The notes: generated by a model from the sequence alone, not told the origin. Positions 24,198-39,624 are shown, numbered from the stretch's first letter. The stretch: 64,000 nt of DNA from Octopus vulgaris (GCA_951406725.2 OX597814.1:9114001-9178000), one strand, 5' to 3'. A program made the numbers and translations.

Positions 24198-27100
24198 GGA
24201 CAGGATGGACACCGCCGGCAACAACGTACACCTCACCTCGATGCTCCTACTGAACATCAGAGGACTGCAAACACTCAGTACAGGACAAAGATCCCGTTCC
24301 TGAGAGACTTTGTTGCATGCAATCAAGCCTTATGCATAGCACTTACAGAAACGCACCTGAAACCGGACATAGCAGATGCGGAGTTACACATACCACAGTA
24401 TGCTGTACTACGGACCGACAGGAAAGAAAGGAGTCATGAAGGTGTTGCTATGTACATCCGTGAGGACCTCACACCCCAGGTCCTCTTGTCATACTCAAAC
24501 TCGGTGTGTGACACACTAATTGTACATATTAGGCAACTTGATGTAGTTGTGTGTGCTACATATCGCCCTCCAGATGCCCCAAGCCATGTGGGCAAGTTTG
24601 AAGACTGCCTTATAAAAATAGAAGAAATTCTAACCACATTAGAACAACACATAGGTGTGCTTCTTATGGGAGACTTCAATCTGCCCAATGTCAGATGGCC
24701 CGAGGGCCTTTCTCTCCCAGGAATGACAAGATGTGAACGAGGACAGGCGAGGTCCCTCCTGAACCTCATCAACACCCTGTACATGGAGCAGGTAATACTC
24801 CAACCAACCAGGGCAGGTAACACACTGGATCTCTGCTTCACAAATGACATGGATCTCATCCATAATGTGAAAGTGACACCGACACTACTCTCGGATCACA
24901 ACATGATAGAGCTGACCATGTACGGGCCAAAAGAGAGCACGGACATGCAGCCTACAAGAAACCCTCAAAATCTTTCCAGCTTGAACTACCATAAGGCAAA
25001 CTGGAAACAAATTGAGAAAGAGATCCTCAAACAAAACTGGCCTAAATGTCTCTCCTCGCCAGACATCGACGTGAAACTTCAACAATTCATGTCTGTAATG
25101 CAAGCCATATGCTACAAATGTGTCCCAGAGAGAAAGGCCACTGTACACAAGAACAAAATCCCCAGAGAGAGGAAAATTTTAATGAGACGGCGTACGAAAT
25201 TTTCAAATCGCCTAAACAAACAGATTGAAAGCAGTGAAAAGTCCCGCCTAAAAATAAAACTGTTGGAAATCGAAAAATGTCTGCAACTCTACCATGAAAA
25301 AGAAAGAGCAGACAAAGAAGCCTGGGCTATAGAAAACATAAAATCTAACCCCAGAGCTTTCTACAGGTATGCCAAAGAAACAGCTACAGTGCACTGTAGA
25401 ATAGGGCCACTCCTCGAAAAGGATGGCACACTTACAGGAAAACCAATGAGGGTAAGTGAAATACTGAATGAGCAATTCAAGAGTGTTTTCACTCCACCCC
25501 TTGGGCATCTCCAAATCACCAATCCAACTGACTTTTTTACCACTGCAGATATAAAATCAGAGGCGGCGACGATAGATTACATCGATATAAAGGAAGACGA
25601 TGTAACCAAGGCTATAGATGAAATGAAAACAGACTCAGCTACTGGCCCCGATGGATTCCCGGCAATCCTCCTAAAAGCATGTAAGAGAGTCCTAGCAAGA
25701 CCACTGCAGTTCCTCTTTCAGAGCTTCCTTGCAGCTGGCAAACTTCCAGGAAAACTGAAGGAAGGTAAAATATGCCCCATTCATAAAGGAGGTAGCAGAG
25801 CGGAAGCCAAGAACTATAGACCTATCTCTCTGACCTCACACATCAGCAAGGTCATGGAACGAATAGTCAGAAGGAAGCTGATCACCTTCCTTGAAGAGAA
25901 TGACTTGCTGCCCGACACCCAACATGGTTTCCGACCAGGGAGAAGCTGTTTAACTCAGCTCCTACAACACTATGACTGGGTGCTGAAACGGCTGCTCAAC
26001 CACTCAAATGTGGAAGTGATATATCTCGACTTTGCAAAGGCCTTTGATAAAGTCGATCATGGAATGATATGTCACAAACTGCGTGATCTCAACATAGTTG
26101 GAAAACTGGGAGAATGGCTTCATGACTTTCTGAAGGATAGAAGTCAGGTGGTAGTAGCCAATGGGGCCACCTCCATTAACACACAAATAGTGAGCGGTGT
26201 TCCGCAGGGCACTGTTCTGGGACCACTACTGTTCATAATGGCCCTCTCAGACATGCCCTCAGCCACGCAGAGAGCCACGATCACAAGTTATGCAGATGAT
26301 ACAAAAGTTTCACAGGCAATACAGAACCCTGAGGACACTAAACACCTGCAATGTGAGCTGGACGAAATATACAAGTGGGCTGAAAAGAATAGCATGCAGT
26401 TCAATGCTGGAAAGTTTCAAGCTTTATACTATCAGCATGCAAAACTGAATGCAATACCCAATGAATACACTGGACCCGGAGGGATTGCAATCCCAGAGGC
26501 ACAATCAGTGCGTGACCTGGGTATTCACATGAGTGATGACGCGACCTTTCATGTACATGTTGCTAAACTGACAATGAAATGTAGACGGCTGGCTGGATGG
26601 ATTCTTAGAACCTTTAGAACAAGAGAACAAGAAACCATGATGGTCCTCTGGAAGACACTTGTCCTAAGCCACTTTGACTATTGCTCTCAGCTATGGTCAC
26701 CATCCAGTGTCAAGTTGATCACAGAACTTGAGGCGATCCAACGAAGCTACACAAAGAAGATAGCCTCTATGCAGAATGTAAGCTACTGGGAAAGACTCAA
26801 GAGATTAAAATTATATTCCCTGGAGCGTAGGCGGGAAAGATATGCCATAATATACATCTGGAAGATCCTGGAGGAAGTGTCCTGAACTTTGGCATCGAGA
26901 GTTACGCAAATGCCAGAACTGGGCGCCACTGCGTGGTGCCTAGGACTCCAAACCTGCCATCAAGATGTAGGACAAGATTCTGTGATAGCCTGGGCTTCCG
27001 AGGCCCACAGCTCTTCAATATCCTCCCGAAGAACCTGAGAGACCTGCATGGGGTGGATACAGATGTCTTTAAAATGAAGCTGGATCTCTTCCTGTCAGGT

Positions 27101-27292
27101 GTCCCAGATGAACCAACTTCACGGCAGGAGGGGCAGATGAGGGCAGCTGCATCGAACTCTCTCATGCACCAAATAGCAGTTGCTAGAAAGCCTCCATGAA
27201 GTGAAACCAAGTAGCAACACCAAATGGCGGTGCCCCAGCATGGCCACAGCTCATAAGCTGAAACTAGAATCAATCAATCAATCAATCAATCA
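24198..27292 (+). mobile_element. CR1-group LINE (family A): nearly complete ORF2 (APE plus RT) with two frameshifts
   Basis: [36 protein letters not shown]; RT motifs including YADD; frameshifts near 24280 and 26875; tail ends (AATC)n. Confidence 0.94.
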
Positions 27293-27964
<672 letters not shown>

Positions 27965-30748
27965 GTGGAAGACAACTGGAGATTCTTACGGGACAATCTG
28001 CTGACAGCCACTGACCAGATGTGTGGATGGAGCAAAGTACCATCTCGACCCAGAGTAACATGGTGGTGGAACACTGTGGTTGACGGGGCTATTAGACAAA
28101 AGAGACAGGCTTGGAAGGACTGGAAGAACGGTGGTAGCAGGGAATTGTATCAGACAGCCAAAAGGGAAGCTAGGAGACAGGTTTATTTAGCCAGAGGGGA
28201 AGCGGATAAGAAAAAATTTGCCAATGTTCTGAGCCGTGAGGATGAAAGACTTGAGGTATTTCGTGTTGCAAGACAGTGTGTGAGAGAGAATCGTGATGTG
28301 GTAGGAGAGAAGTGTGTTCGCATGGATGATGGTTCACTTGCGCTAAATGAGGATGCAAAGAGAGAGGTTTGGAGATGCCACTATGAAAGGTTGCTGAATA
28401 AAGAAAATGAATGGGATAAAGAGAGTCTGCCAAATGTTGACCCAACAGAGGGACCAGCTATCCGAGTCGATAGTTCCGTGGTAGCTAAGGCAATTAGAAG
28501 CATGAAGACAGGGAAAGCCCCAGGCCCATCAGGAATTACTGCAGAGATGCTCAAAATATCTGGCAGTGTCGGCTATAACCTAGTCACCCGTATAGTCAAC
28601 CAGGTGATACACGAAGGAGTCATACCCAATGACTGGTGTAGCAGCATACTAGTCAACTGCTACAAAGGTAAAGGTGATGCCCTGGATACAAATAATTACA
28701 GAGGTATCAAGCTGTTGGATCAGGTAATGAAGGTTACGGAGAGGGTCATAGCCCAACTAATTAGAGAGAGAGTTAGTTTAGATGAGATGCAGTTTGGGTT
28801 TGTCCCAGGGAAAAGCACCACTGATGCTATATTCCTGGTAAGGCAGCTGCAGGAGAAATACCTAGCCAAAGAAAAGCCCTTGTACCTGGCTTTCGTTGAC
28901 ATGGAGAAAGCCTTTGATAGGGTCCCCCGATCCCTCATCTGGTGGTCAATGAGGAAACTAGGGATAGATGAATGGCTGGTGAGGGCTGTGCAAGCCATGT
29001 ACAGAGATGCCGTAAGTAAGGTTAGAGTTGGCAACATGTACACAGAAGAATTCAAAGTAGAGGTTGGGGTCCACCAGGGTTCAGTACTTAGCCCCCTCCT
29101 ATTTATCATAGTCCTCCAGGCAATAACGGAGGAATTCAAGACAGGTTGCCCCTGGGAGCTCCTCTATGCTGACGACCTCGCTCTAATCGCTGAGTCACTA
29201 TCAGAACTGGAGGAGAAGTTCCAGGTGTGGAAGGAGGGTTTAGAATCAAGGGGCCTTAGAGTCAACCTAGCTAAAACCAAAGTACTAATAAGTAGAAAGG
29301 TAGAAAATCCACAAATATCCTCAGGAAGATGGCCCTGCTCGATCTGTAGAAAAGGTGTAGGTAGAAACTCTATAAGATGTACCCATTGTAAGCTATGGAC
29401 ACATAAGAGGTGCAGCAATGTCAAAGGTAGGCTAACTGGGAAGATAATTTTTGTATGTGGCAGGTGCTCTGGAGCATTGACCTCCGAAAATCTGCAGAAA
29501 ACAACTTCTGTCACTTTCCGGGGGAAAAACTAGAAGTAGTTGATAGCTTCCGCTATCTAGGTGACCAAGTCAGTAGTGGGGGTGGGTGTGCTGAAAGTGT
29601 AACTGCTAGAATAAGAATAGCCTGGGCAAAGTTTAGGGAGCTCTTACCTCTGCTGGTGACTAAAGGCCTCTCGCTCAGAGTAAAAGGCAGACTGTATGAT
29701 GCATGTGTACGAACAGCTATGCTACATGGCAGTGAAACATGGGCCGTGACTGCTGAGGACATGCGTAAGCTCGTGAGGAACGAAGCCAGTATGCTCCGAT
29801 GGATGTGTAATGTCAGTGTACTTACTCGACAGAGCATTAGTACCTTGAGAGAAATGTTGTACCTAAGAAGCATCAGTTGTTGTGTGCAAGAGAGACGATT
29901 GCGCTGGTATGGTCATGTGGCGAGAATGGATGAAGATAGGTGTGTGAGAAAGTGCCAATCCCTAGCAGTTGAGGGAACCCGTGGAAGAGGTAGACCCAGG
30001 AAAACCTGGGACGAGGTGCTGAAGCACGACCTTCGGACGTTAGGTCTCACCATGGAAATGACTAGAGACCGAGACCTATGGAAGTATGCTGTGCGTGAGA
30101 AGACCCGGCAAGACTAGTGAAGCCATAATCCGTGGCCCCTACCTGGGACGTAGTCAGTCCACCTGTGCATACCTTCCTTCTTGTGACACTTGTGAAGACC
30201 TGTTGAGGCAAGTGAGAATCGTATCGAATCAAATCAAATCAAATCGAACCAAATCAAAATAGATGAACATCAATGGTATTTGTATCCTTGTGGTACCAGT
30301 GCCGGTGGCACATAAGAAAACCATCCGAACGTGACCATAGCCAGTACCGCAACAACTGGCCTCCGTGCTGAGGGCACGTAACAAACACCATCCGAGCGTG
30401 GCCGTCTGCCAGCCTCGTCTGGCACCTGTGTCGGTGACACATAAGAAAACACCATCCGAGCGTGGCCGTCAGCCAGCCTCGTCTGGCACCTGTGTCGGTG
30501 GCACATAAAAAAACACCATCCGAGCGTGGCCGTCTGCCAGCCTCGTCTGGCACCTGTGTCGGTGGCACATAAAATCACCCACTACACTCTCGGAGTGGTT
30601 GGCGTTAGGAAGGGCATCCAGCTGTAGAAACACTGCCATATCTGACTGGCCTGGTGCAGCCTTCGGGCTTGCCAGACCCCAGTTGAACCGTCCAACCCAT
30701 GCTAGCATGGAAAGCGGACGTTAAACGATGATGATGATAATGATGATG
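27965..30748 (+). mobile_element. RTE LINE, second subfamily, 5'-truncated, one frameshift near 29521
   Basis: ORFs 27356-29533 and 29455-30117 match the 17066 ORF including the PHD insert; 3' UTR repeats and (GAT)n tail. Confidence 0.94.
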
Positions 30749-30760
30749 TATATATATATG

Positions 30761-30795
<35 letters not shown>

Positions 30796-30822
30796 GTATA
30801 TATATATATGTATATATATATG

Positions 30823-30969
<147 letters not shown>

Positions 30970-30982
30970 GTATATATATATG

Positions 30983-31070
<88 letters not shown>

Positions 31071-31149
31071 GTATATATATATATGTATATATATATATGT
31101 ATATATATATATGTATATATATATATGTATATATATATATGTATATATA

Positions 31150-32338
31150 ACACCACCTGGCGAAGTCTTTCAATTCAGGATTTGGGCACCGAGGCCCATT
31201 CGAGCAGAGAGTTATTGTTTGCGGAGACATATCCGGGTGTGAGTGGTTTGTCCGGGACTGTTTGAAGGAATTTGTCCAAAGACCTCCTGAATTTTGTGTG
31301 GTCAGTTTCTGTTTTGACGTGTCCTGGTGTAATGTTGAAGAGAGCGGGTCCAATTGAGGTGAAATAATTGTGCCGTATTGTCGTTATGTGATGCGATTGA
31401 GATTTTTGTTGTGGACGGATGGCACGTGGTCCAAGCCTTGGATGTATTTTGAAGGTGATGCCAACATCATTCGGACAGTGCTGATGGAATATTTTCCACA
31501 TCATACAGATGATGTAGCGTTCACGGCGTCGTTGGAGTGAATACAGTTTCAGCTTCTCTAGTCTACCCCAGTAGTCAAGGTCTGACATGCCATCTATCTT
31601 TTTTGTGATTGACCTTTGGGGAGCTTCAATTCTCATAATATTTTGTTTTGTGTAGGGAGACCACAGTGGACAGCAGTATTCAAGGTGGGGTCGGGCAAAA
31701 GTGGAGAACAGAAGGATAATAGTGTGGGAATCTCTCGACTGGAAGGTTCTGAGAATCCAGGAACACATTCTGCGGGCCATGTCAACTTTGCTGCTTATAT
31801 GTGTAGCCCAGCTTATGTTGTTGTCCACTGTTACTCCCAAGTCTCTGATGTTGTTGGACGCCATGAGAATTTCTCCAGAAGGAAGGGAGTATGGGAGTTT
31901 CAGAGCGTCCTCCCTTCCAAAGTGGATCAGTTCGAATTTGTCTTCGTTTAGCAACATGTTGTTCTTTTCTGCCCAGTGGACAACAGCCAGTAGGTCTGAC
32001 TGAAGGCTTATTCGGTCATCCACGCCATTGATGACCTTCTGTAGCTTGGAGTCATCAGCGAAGGTTCTGATGTTACTGTGTTTAATGGTGTCAGTAATAT
32101 CATTTATGTAGATGATGAAGAGAAGTGGGCCCAACACAGTGCCTTGTGGGACACCACTGCTGACTTCGGCTGGGCTGGATTTGACTCCTTCGACTACAAC
32201 ATGTTGGGTTCTGTTAGACAGGAAGCACTTGATCCACTGCAGCAGCTTTCCAGTGACACCAATATTGGACAGCTTTCTCAAAAGGATCTTATGATCAACC
32301 CTGTCAAAGGGCTTGCTGAAATCAAGGTAGATGACATC
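31150..32338 (-). mobile_element. CR1-group LINE (family B), truncated at both ends
   Basis: ORF 31175-32380 is similar to 11613-12980; the tail is cut after GGTGGTG by a TA tract. Confidence 0.92.
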
Positions 32339-32348
32339 ATGTACATGA

Positions 32349-32807
32349 TGTACATGGCTTGCACAGCCCTCACCAGCCATTCATCTATCCCTAGTTTCCT
32401 CATTGACCACCAGATGAGGGATCGGGGGACCCTATCAAAGGCTTTCTCCATGTCAACGAAAGCCAGGTACAGGGGCTTATCTTTCGCTAGGTATTTCTCC
32501 TGCAGCTGCCTTACCAGGAATATAGCATCAGTGGTGTTTTTCCCAGACACGAACCCAAACTGCATCTCATCTAAACTAACTCTCTCTCTAATTAGTTGGG
32601 CTATGACCCTCTCCGTAACCTTCATTACCTGATCCAACAGCTTGATACCTCTGTAATTATTTGTATCCAGGGCATCACCTTTACCTTTGTAGCAGTTGAC
32701 TAGTATGCTGCTACACCAGTCATTGGGTATGACTCCTTCGTGTATCACCTGGTTGACTATACGGGTGACTAGGTTATAGCCGACACTGCCAGATATTTTG
32801 AGCATCT
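32349..32807 (-). mobile_element. Internal RTE RT fragment (subfamily of the 27965 copy)
   Basis: ORF 32278-32865 shares diagnostic residues (GYNLV, SSILV) with the 27965 copy. Confidence 0.9.
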
Positions 32808-33040
32808 CTATATATAAATATATACACATATATATATATATATATATATGATTTGAAAACCCCACTAGATTAGGAGAAAGCGCTAATCCGAATGATATGA
32901 TCTGAATGATATGATATATATGTAAAAAATGTAATATATAAATAAATATCTACAAATATGAACCATCCGATCTGATTACCTCATTTTTTCTAATATATTT
33001 ATATATATACACATATATATATATAAATATATACACATAT

Positions 33041-34534
33041 ATCATCATCATCATCATCATCGTTTAGCGTCCGTTTTCCATGCTAGCATGGGTTGGACGG
33101 TTCTACTGGGGTCTGTGAAGCCAGAAGGCTTCATCAGGCCCAGTCAAATCTGGCAGTGTTTCTACGGCTGTATGCCCTTCCTAACGCCAACCACTCCGTG
33201 AGTGTAGTGGGTGCTTTTTACGTGCCACCCGCACAGGTGCCAGACAGAGCTGGCAAACGGCCACGAACGGATGGTGCTTTTCATGTGCCACCGGCACGAG
33301 GGCCAGGCGAGGCTGGCAACGGACACGAAACGGGGCGGTGCTGGCAACGGTCGCGAAACGGAAGGTTCTCTTACATGCCACCGGCACTGGTAACACATCT
33401 GCAATTTCCATTGATTGATTTCGATTTTGATCCTCACTTGCCTCAACACGTCTTCACAAGTAGAGTTTTGTGTCCCAAGAAGGGAAGGTATGCATACGTA
33501 GGCTGGCTCCATCCCATGTAGAAGGCCACAGGTTATGGACTCACTTGTCCTGCCGGGTCTTCTCGCGCACAGCACACTTCCAGAGGTCTCGGTCTCTAGT
33601 CATTTCCTCAGTGAGACCTAAAGTTCGAAGATCGTGCTTCACCACCTCGTCCCAGGTTTTCCTAGGTCTGCCTCTTCCACAGGTTCCCTCAACCGCTAGG
33701 GTGTGGCACTTTTTCACACAACTATCTTCATCCATTCTTGCCACATGACCATACCAGCGCAAACGTCTCTCTTGCACACCACAACTGATGCTTCTTAGGT
33801 CCAGCTTTTCTCTCAAGGTACTTACACTCTGCCGAGTATGAGTACTGACATTACACATCCATCGGAGCATACTGGCTTAATTTCTTGCGAGCTTACGCAT
33901 ATCCTCAGCAGTCACGGCCCATGTTTCACTGCCATGTAGCATGGCTGTTCGTACACACGCATCATACAGTCAGCCTTTCACTCTGTGCGAGAGGCCTTTT
34001 GTCACCAGCAGAGGTAAGAGCTCTCTGAACTTTGCCCAAGCTATTCTTACTCTAGCAGTTACACTTTCAGCACACCCGCCCCCGCTGCTGACTTGGTCAC
34101 CTAGGTAACGGAAACTATCAACTATTTCTAGTTTTTCTCCCTGGAAAGTGACGGAAGTTGGTCTCAGAGCATTTTCAGTGTTTATTGTTCCTGAGAATCT
34201 GCCACATACAAAAACCATCTTCCTAGTTAGCCTTCCTTTGACATTGCTGCACCTCTTATGTGTCCATAGCTTACACTTGGTGCATCTTATAGAGTTTCTA
34301 CCTACACCTTTTCTACAGATCGAGCAGGGCCATCTACCTGAAGGCGTTTGTGATTTGTCTACCTTCCTACTGATTACGACTTTGGTTTTAGCTAGATTGA
34401 CTCTGAGGCCCTTCGATTCTAATCCTTGTTTCCACACCTGAAACTTCTCCTCCAGTTCTGATAGCGACTCAGCAATTAGAGCAAGGTCATCAGCATAGAG
34501 GAGCTCCCAAGAGCATCCTGTCTTGAATTCCTCA
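33041..34534 (-). mobile_element. RTE LINE 3' 1.5 kb (subfamily of the 16577 copy)
   Basis: Near-identical reverse complement of about 19240-20840. Confidence 0.94.
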
Positions 34535-34576
34535 TAAATATATATAAATACATATATATATATATATAAATACATA

Positions 34577-37098
34577 TGATTGATTGATTGATTCAAGTTT
34601 CCGCTCACAAGCTGTGGCCATGCTGGGGAACCGCCATTTGGTGTTGCTACACGGTTTTACTTCACGAATGCTTTTTAGCAACTGTCATTTGGTGCATGAG
34701 AGAGTTCGATGCAGCTGCCCTCATCTGCACCTCCTCCCGTGAATTGGTTCATTTGGGATACCTGACAAGAAGAGATCCAGTTTCATTTTAAAGACATCCG
34801 CATCCACCCCATGCAGGTCTCTCAGGTTCTTCGGGAGGATATTGAAGAGCTGTGGGCCTCGGAAGCCCAGGCTATCACAGTATCTTGTCCTACATCTTGA
34901 TGGCAAATTTGGAGTCCTAGGCACCACACAGTGGTGCCCAGTTCTGGCATTTGTGTGACTCTCGATGCCAAAGTTTGGGACAAGTCCCTCCAGGAACTTC
35001 CAGATGTATATTATGGCATATCTTTCTCGCCTACGCTCCAAGGAATAGAGTTTTAATCTCTTGAGTCTTTCCCAGTAGCTTATATTCTGCACAGAGGCTA
35101 TCTTCTTCGTGTAGCTACGTTGGATCGCCTTGACACTGGATGGTGACCATAGCTGAGAGCAATAGTCAAAGTGGCTTAGGACAAGTGTCCTCCAGAGGAC
35201 CATCATGGTTTCTTGTTCTCTTGTTCTAAAGGTTCTGAGAATCCATCCGGCCAGTCATCTACATTTCATTGTCAATTTAGCAACATGTACACGAAAGGTT
35301 GCGTCATCACTCATGTAAATACCCAGGTCATGCACTGATTGTGCCTCTGGGATTGCAATTCCTCCGGGTCCAGTGTATTCATTGGGTATTGCATTTAGTT
35401 TTACATGCTGATAGTATAAAGCTTGAAACTTTTCAGCATTGAACTGCATGCTATTCTTTACAGCCCACTTGTATATTTTGTCCAGCTCACATTGCAGGCG
35501 TTTAGTGTCCTCAGGGTTCTGTATTGCCTGTGAAACTTTTGTATCATCTGCATAACTTGTGATCATGGCTCTCTGCGTGGCTGAGGGCATGTCTGAGAGG
35601 GCCATTATGAACAGTAGTGGTCCGAAAACAGTGCCCTGCGGAACACCGCTCACTATTTGCGTGTTAATGGAAGTGGCCCCATTGACTACTACCACCTGAC
35701 TTCTATCTTTCAGAAAGTCATGAAGCCATTCTCCCAGTTTTCCAACTATGCTAAGATCACGCAGTTTGTGACATATCATTCCATGATCGACTTTATCAAA
35801 GGCCTTTGCAAAGTCGAGATATATGATTTCTACATTTGAGTGGTTGAGCAGTCGTTTCAGCACCCAGTCATAGTGTTGTAGGAGCTGAGTTAAGCAGCTT
35901 CTTCCATGGTCGGAAACCATGTTGGGTGTCAGGCAGCAAGTCATTTTCTTCAAGGAAGGTGATTAGTTTCCTTCTGACTATTCATTCCATGACCTTGCTG
36001 ATGTGTGAGGTCAGAGAGATAGGTCTGTAGTTCTTGGCCTCCGCTCTGCTACCTCCTTTATGAATAGGGCATATTTTACCTTCCTTCAGTTTTCTTGGAA
36101 GTTTGCCAGCTGCAAGGAAGCTCTGAAAGAGGAACTGCAGTGGTCTTGCTAGGACTCTCTTACATACTTTTAGGAGGATTGCCGGGAATCCATCGGGGCC
36201 AGTAGCTGAGTGTTTTCATTTCATCTATAGCCTTTATTACATCATCTTCCTTTATATCGATGTGATCTATCGTCGCTGCCTCTGATTTTATATCTGCAGT
36301 GGTAATTTGGAAATGCCCAAGGGGTGGAGTGAAAACACTCTTGAATTGCTCATTCAGTATTTCACTTACCCTCATTGGTTTTCCTGTGAGTGTGCCATCC
36401 TTTTCAAGGAGTGGCCCTATCCTACAGTGCACTGTAGCTGTTTCTTTGGCATACCTGTAGAAAGCTCTGGGGTTAGATTTTATGTTGTCTATAGCCCAGG
36501 CTTCTTTGTCTGCTCTTTCCTTTTCATGGGAGAGTTGCAGACATTTTTCAATTTCCAACAGTTTTATTTTCAGGCGGGACTTTTCACTGCTTTCAATTTG
36601 TTTGTTTAGGCGATTTGAAATCTTTGTACGCCGTCTCATTAAAATTTTCCTCTCTCTGGGGGACACATTTGTAGCATATGGCTTGCATTACAGACATGAA
36701 TTGTTGAAGTTTCACGTCGATGTCTGGCGAGGAGAGACATTTAGGCCAGTTTTGTTTGAGGATCTCTTTCTCAATTTGTTTCCAGTTTGCCTTATGGAAG
36801 TTCAGACTGGAAAGATTCTGATGGTTTCTTGTAGGCTGCATGTCCGTGCTCTCTTTTGGCCCGTACATGGTCAGCTCTACCATATTGTGATCCGAGAGTA
36901 GTGTCAGTGTCACTTTCACATTATGGATGAGATCCATATTATTTGTGAAGCAGAGATCCAGTGTGTTACCTGCCCTGGTTGGTTGGAGTATTACTTGCTC
37001 CATGTACAGGGTGTTGATGAGGTTCAGGAGGGACCTCGCCTGTCCTCGTTCACATCTTGTCATTCCTGGGAGGGAAAGGCCCTCGGGCCATCTGACAT
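34577..37098 (-). mobile_element. CR1-group LINE (family A), 5'-truncated, several deletions
   Basis: ORFs 34721-37159 match 24690-27200; (AATC)n tail. Confidence 0.93.
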
Positions 37099-37151
37099 TT
37101 ATATATATATAAATATATACACATATGTATATAAATATATATAAATATATA

Positions 37152-37320
37152 TCCAGCATCCAGTGAGTTCCGCCACAGATTGGCTAGAGGAGGTGCAAGT
37201 TGGTGTTGACACATCTTCAAGACACAAGCAGGGAACCTATCGGGACCTACTGCTGAATTATGCTTCATTTCCTTTATTGCTACTAAGACATCAGTAGCGC
37301 CAAAGGTTATGTCCGATAAA

Positions 37321-37323
<3 letters not shown>
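37152..37323 (-). mobile_element. Short CR1-group internal fragment
   Basis: MKHNSAVGPDRFPACVLKMCQHQLAPPLANLWRNSLD, the pre-RT region of CR1-group ORF2. Confidence 0.75.
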
Positions 37324-37358
<35 letters not shown>

Positions 37359-37371
37359 TTTATTTTAAGCA

Positions 37372-37603
37372 GCAGCAATGGCCTAGTGGTTAGGGCAGCG
37401 GACTCGCGGTCGCAGGATCGCGGTTTCGATTCTCAGACCGGGCGTTGTGTGTGTTTATTGAGCGAAAACACCTAAAAAAGCTCTACGAGGCTCCGGCAGG
37501 GGGTGGTGATCCCTGCTGTACTCTTTCACCACAATGGCGGTGCCCCAGCATGGCCACAGCTCAAGAGCTGAAACTGGAAAAACAAAAACAAAACAAAAAC
37601 AAA
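37372..37603 (+). mobile_element. tRNA-derived SINE head joined to a CR1 family-A 3' tail
   Basis: Box A TGGCCTAGTGG (37379), box B GGTTTCGATTC (about 37422); from 37534 ATGGCGGTGCCCCAGCATGGCCACAGCT...GCTGAAAC then (AAAAC)n. Confidence 0.85.
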
Positions 37604-37643
37604 TATATATATATATATATATAAATAAATATATATATAATAT

Positions 37644-37744
<101 letters not shown>

Positions 37745-37791
37745 TATATATAAATATATATATATAAATAAATATATATATATATATAAAT

Positions 37792-37956
<165 letters not shown>

Positions 37957-38036
37957 AATAAATATATATATAAACATATATATATAAACATATATATATA
38001 TATATATAAATATATATATATAAATATAAATATATA

Positions 38037-38915
38037 AACTTAGATATGTTTTGACCAAAGATTGGTCCAGGCCATGTCTAACTTAATAGCACCACCTGAT
38101 AGGATTATTCGAATCCTGTTTAAGTCAAGTTTTGTTCAAGTAGTGAGTTCTTGTTGGGTGAGTTGTATCCAGTTTTGTTCAAGTAGTGAGTTCTTGTTGG
38201 GTGAGTTGTATCCAATTATGGGTGGCTTATCTGGTATTCTTTGAAGGAATCTATCCAGACTCTGTTTAAAGTTGATGGGATCCTTTTCCTCTTTGATCTC
38301 TCTCGGGACAATGTTAAATAGGGCAGGGCCTGTTGAGGAAAAGAAATTATGTTGCAGTGTACATGTATGTTGTGATCTTGAATTGGGCAGGGGACGTATA
38401 GCCCGTGGTCCAAGTCTTGGATGAACCTTGAAGCTAATGTTTAGGTTGTTTGGGCAAAGTTGGCGGTATATTTTCCACATCGTACAAATGATGTACCGCT
38501 CACGGCGACGCTGGAGGGAGTAAAGTTTCAAGGCTTTAAGGTGATCCCAATAATCGAGAGCAGCCATGCCTTCAATTCGTTTAGTGAGTGCCCTCTGGGG
38601 TGACTCAATTCTGGAGATGTTTTGTCTTGTGTGAGGAGACCACAGTGGGCAGCAGTATTCAAGGTGTGGCTGTACAAAGGAGGAAAAAAGTGGTATGATG
38701 ACACCTTGTTCTCTGGACCGGAAAGTTCTTAAGATTCAGGAACTCATCCTACGAGCTATATCGACCTTCTTGTTGATGTGTGCACTCCAACTGAGATCGT
38801 CATCAACAATTACACCCAGGTCTCTGATATTGTTAGAGGCTGTGAGCGGTTCCCCTGAAGGAAGAGAGTATGGCTGTTTTAGTGAAGAGTTTCTTCCAAA
38901 ATGCATCAGCTCAAA
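38037..38915 (-). mobile_element. CR1-group LINE (family B-related) 3' fragment
   Basis: FELMHFG, NIRDLGV, YSLQRRRERY; tail GGTGGTGCTATTAAGTTAGACATGGCC. Confidence 0.9.
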
Positions 38916-38926
38916 TAAATATATAT

Positions 38927-38993
<67 letters not shown>

Positions 38994-39128
38994 TAAATAT
39001 ATAAATATAAATATATATATATAAATATATAAATATAAATATATAAATATAAATATATATATATAAATATATAAATATAAATATATATATATAAATATAT
39101 ATATATAAATATAAATATATAAATATAT

Positions 39129-39159
<31 letters not shown>

Positions 39160-39194
39160 AATATAAATATATATATATAAATATAAATATATAT

Positions 39195-39249
<55 letters not shown>

Positions 39250-39286
39250 AATATAAATATATATATATAAATATAAATATAAATAT

Positions 39287-39360
<74 letters not shown>

Positions 39361-39368
39361 TAAATATA

Positions 39369-39400
<32 letters not shown>

Positions 39401-39590
39401 AGATATAAATATATATATATAAATATAAATATATATATATAAATATAAATATAAATATATATATATAAATATATATATATAAATGTAAATATATATATAT
39501 AAATATATATATATAAATATAAATATATATATAAATATATATATATAAATATAAATATATAAATATATATAAATATATATATATATACAT

Positions 39591-39624
<34 letters not shown>

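Noticed and set aside
30380-30575. CRISPR-like regular repeats
   Set aside because: Eukaryotic LINE 3' UTR tandem repeat with no unique spacers and no cas genes.
37372-37445. tRNA gene
   Set aside because: The cloverleaf is imperfect and continues into a SINE body and LINE tail.
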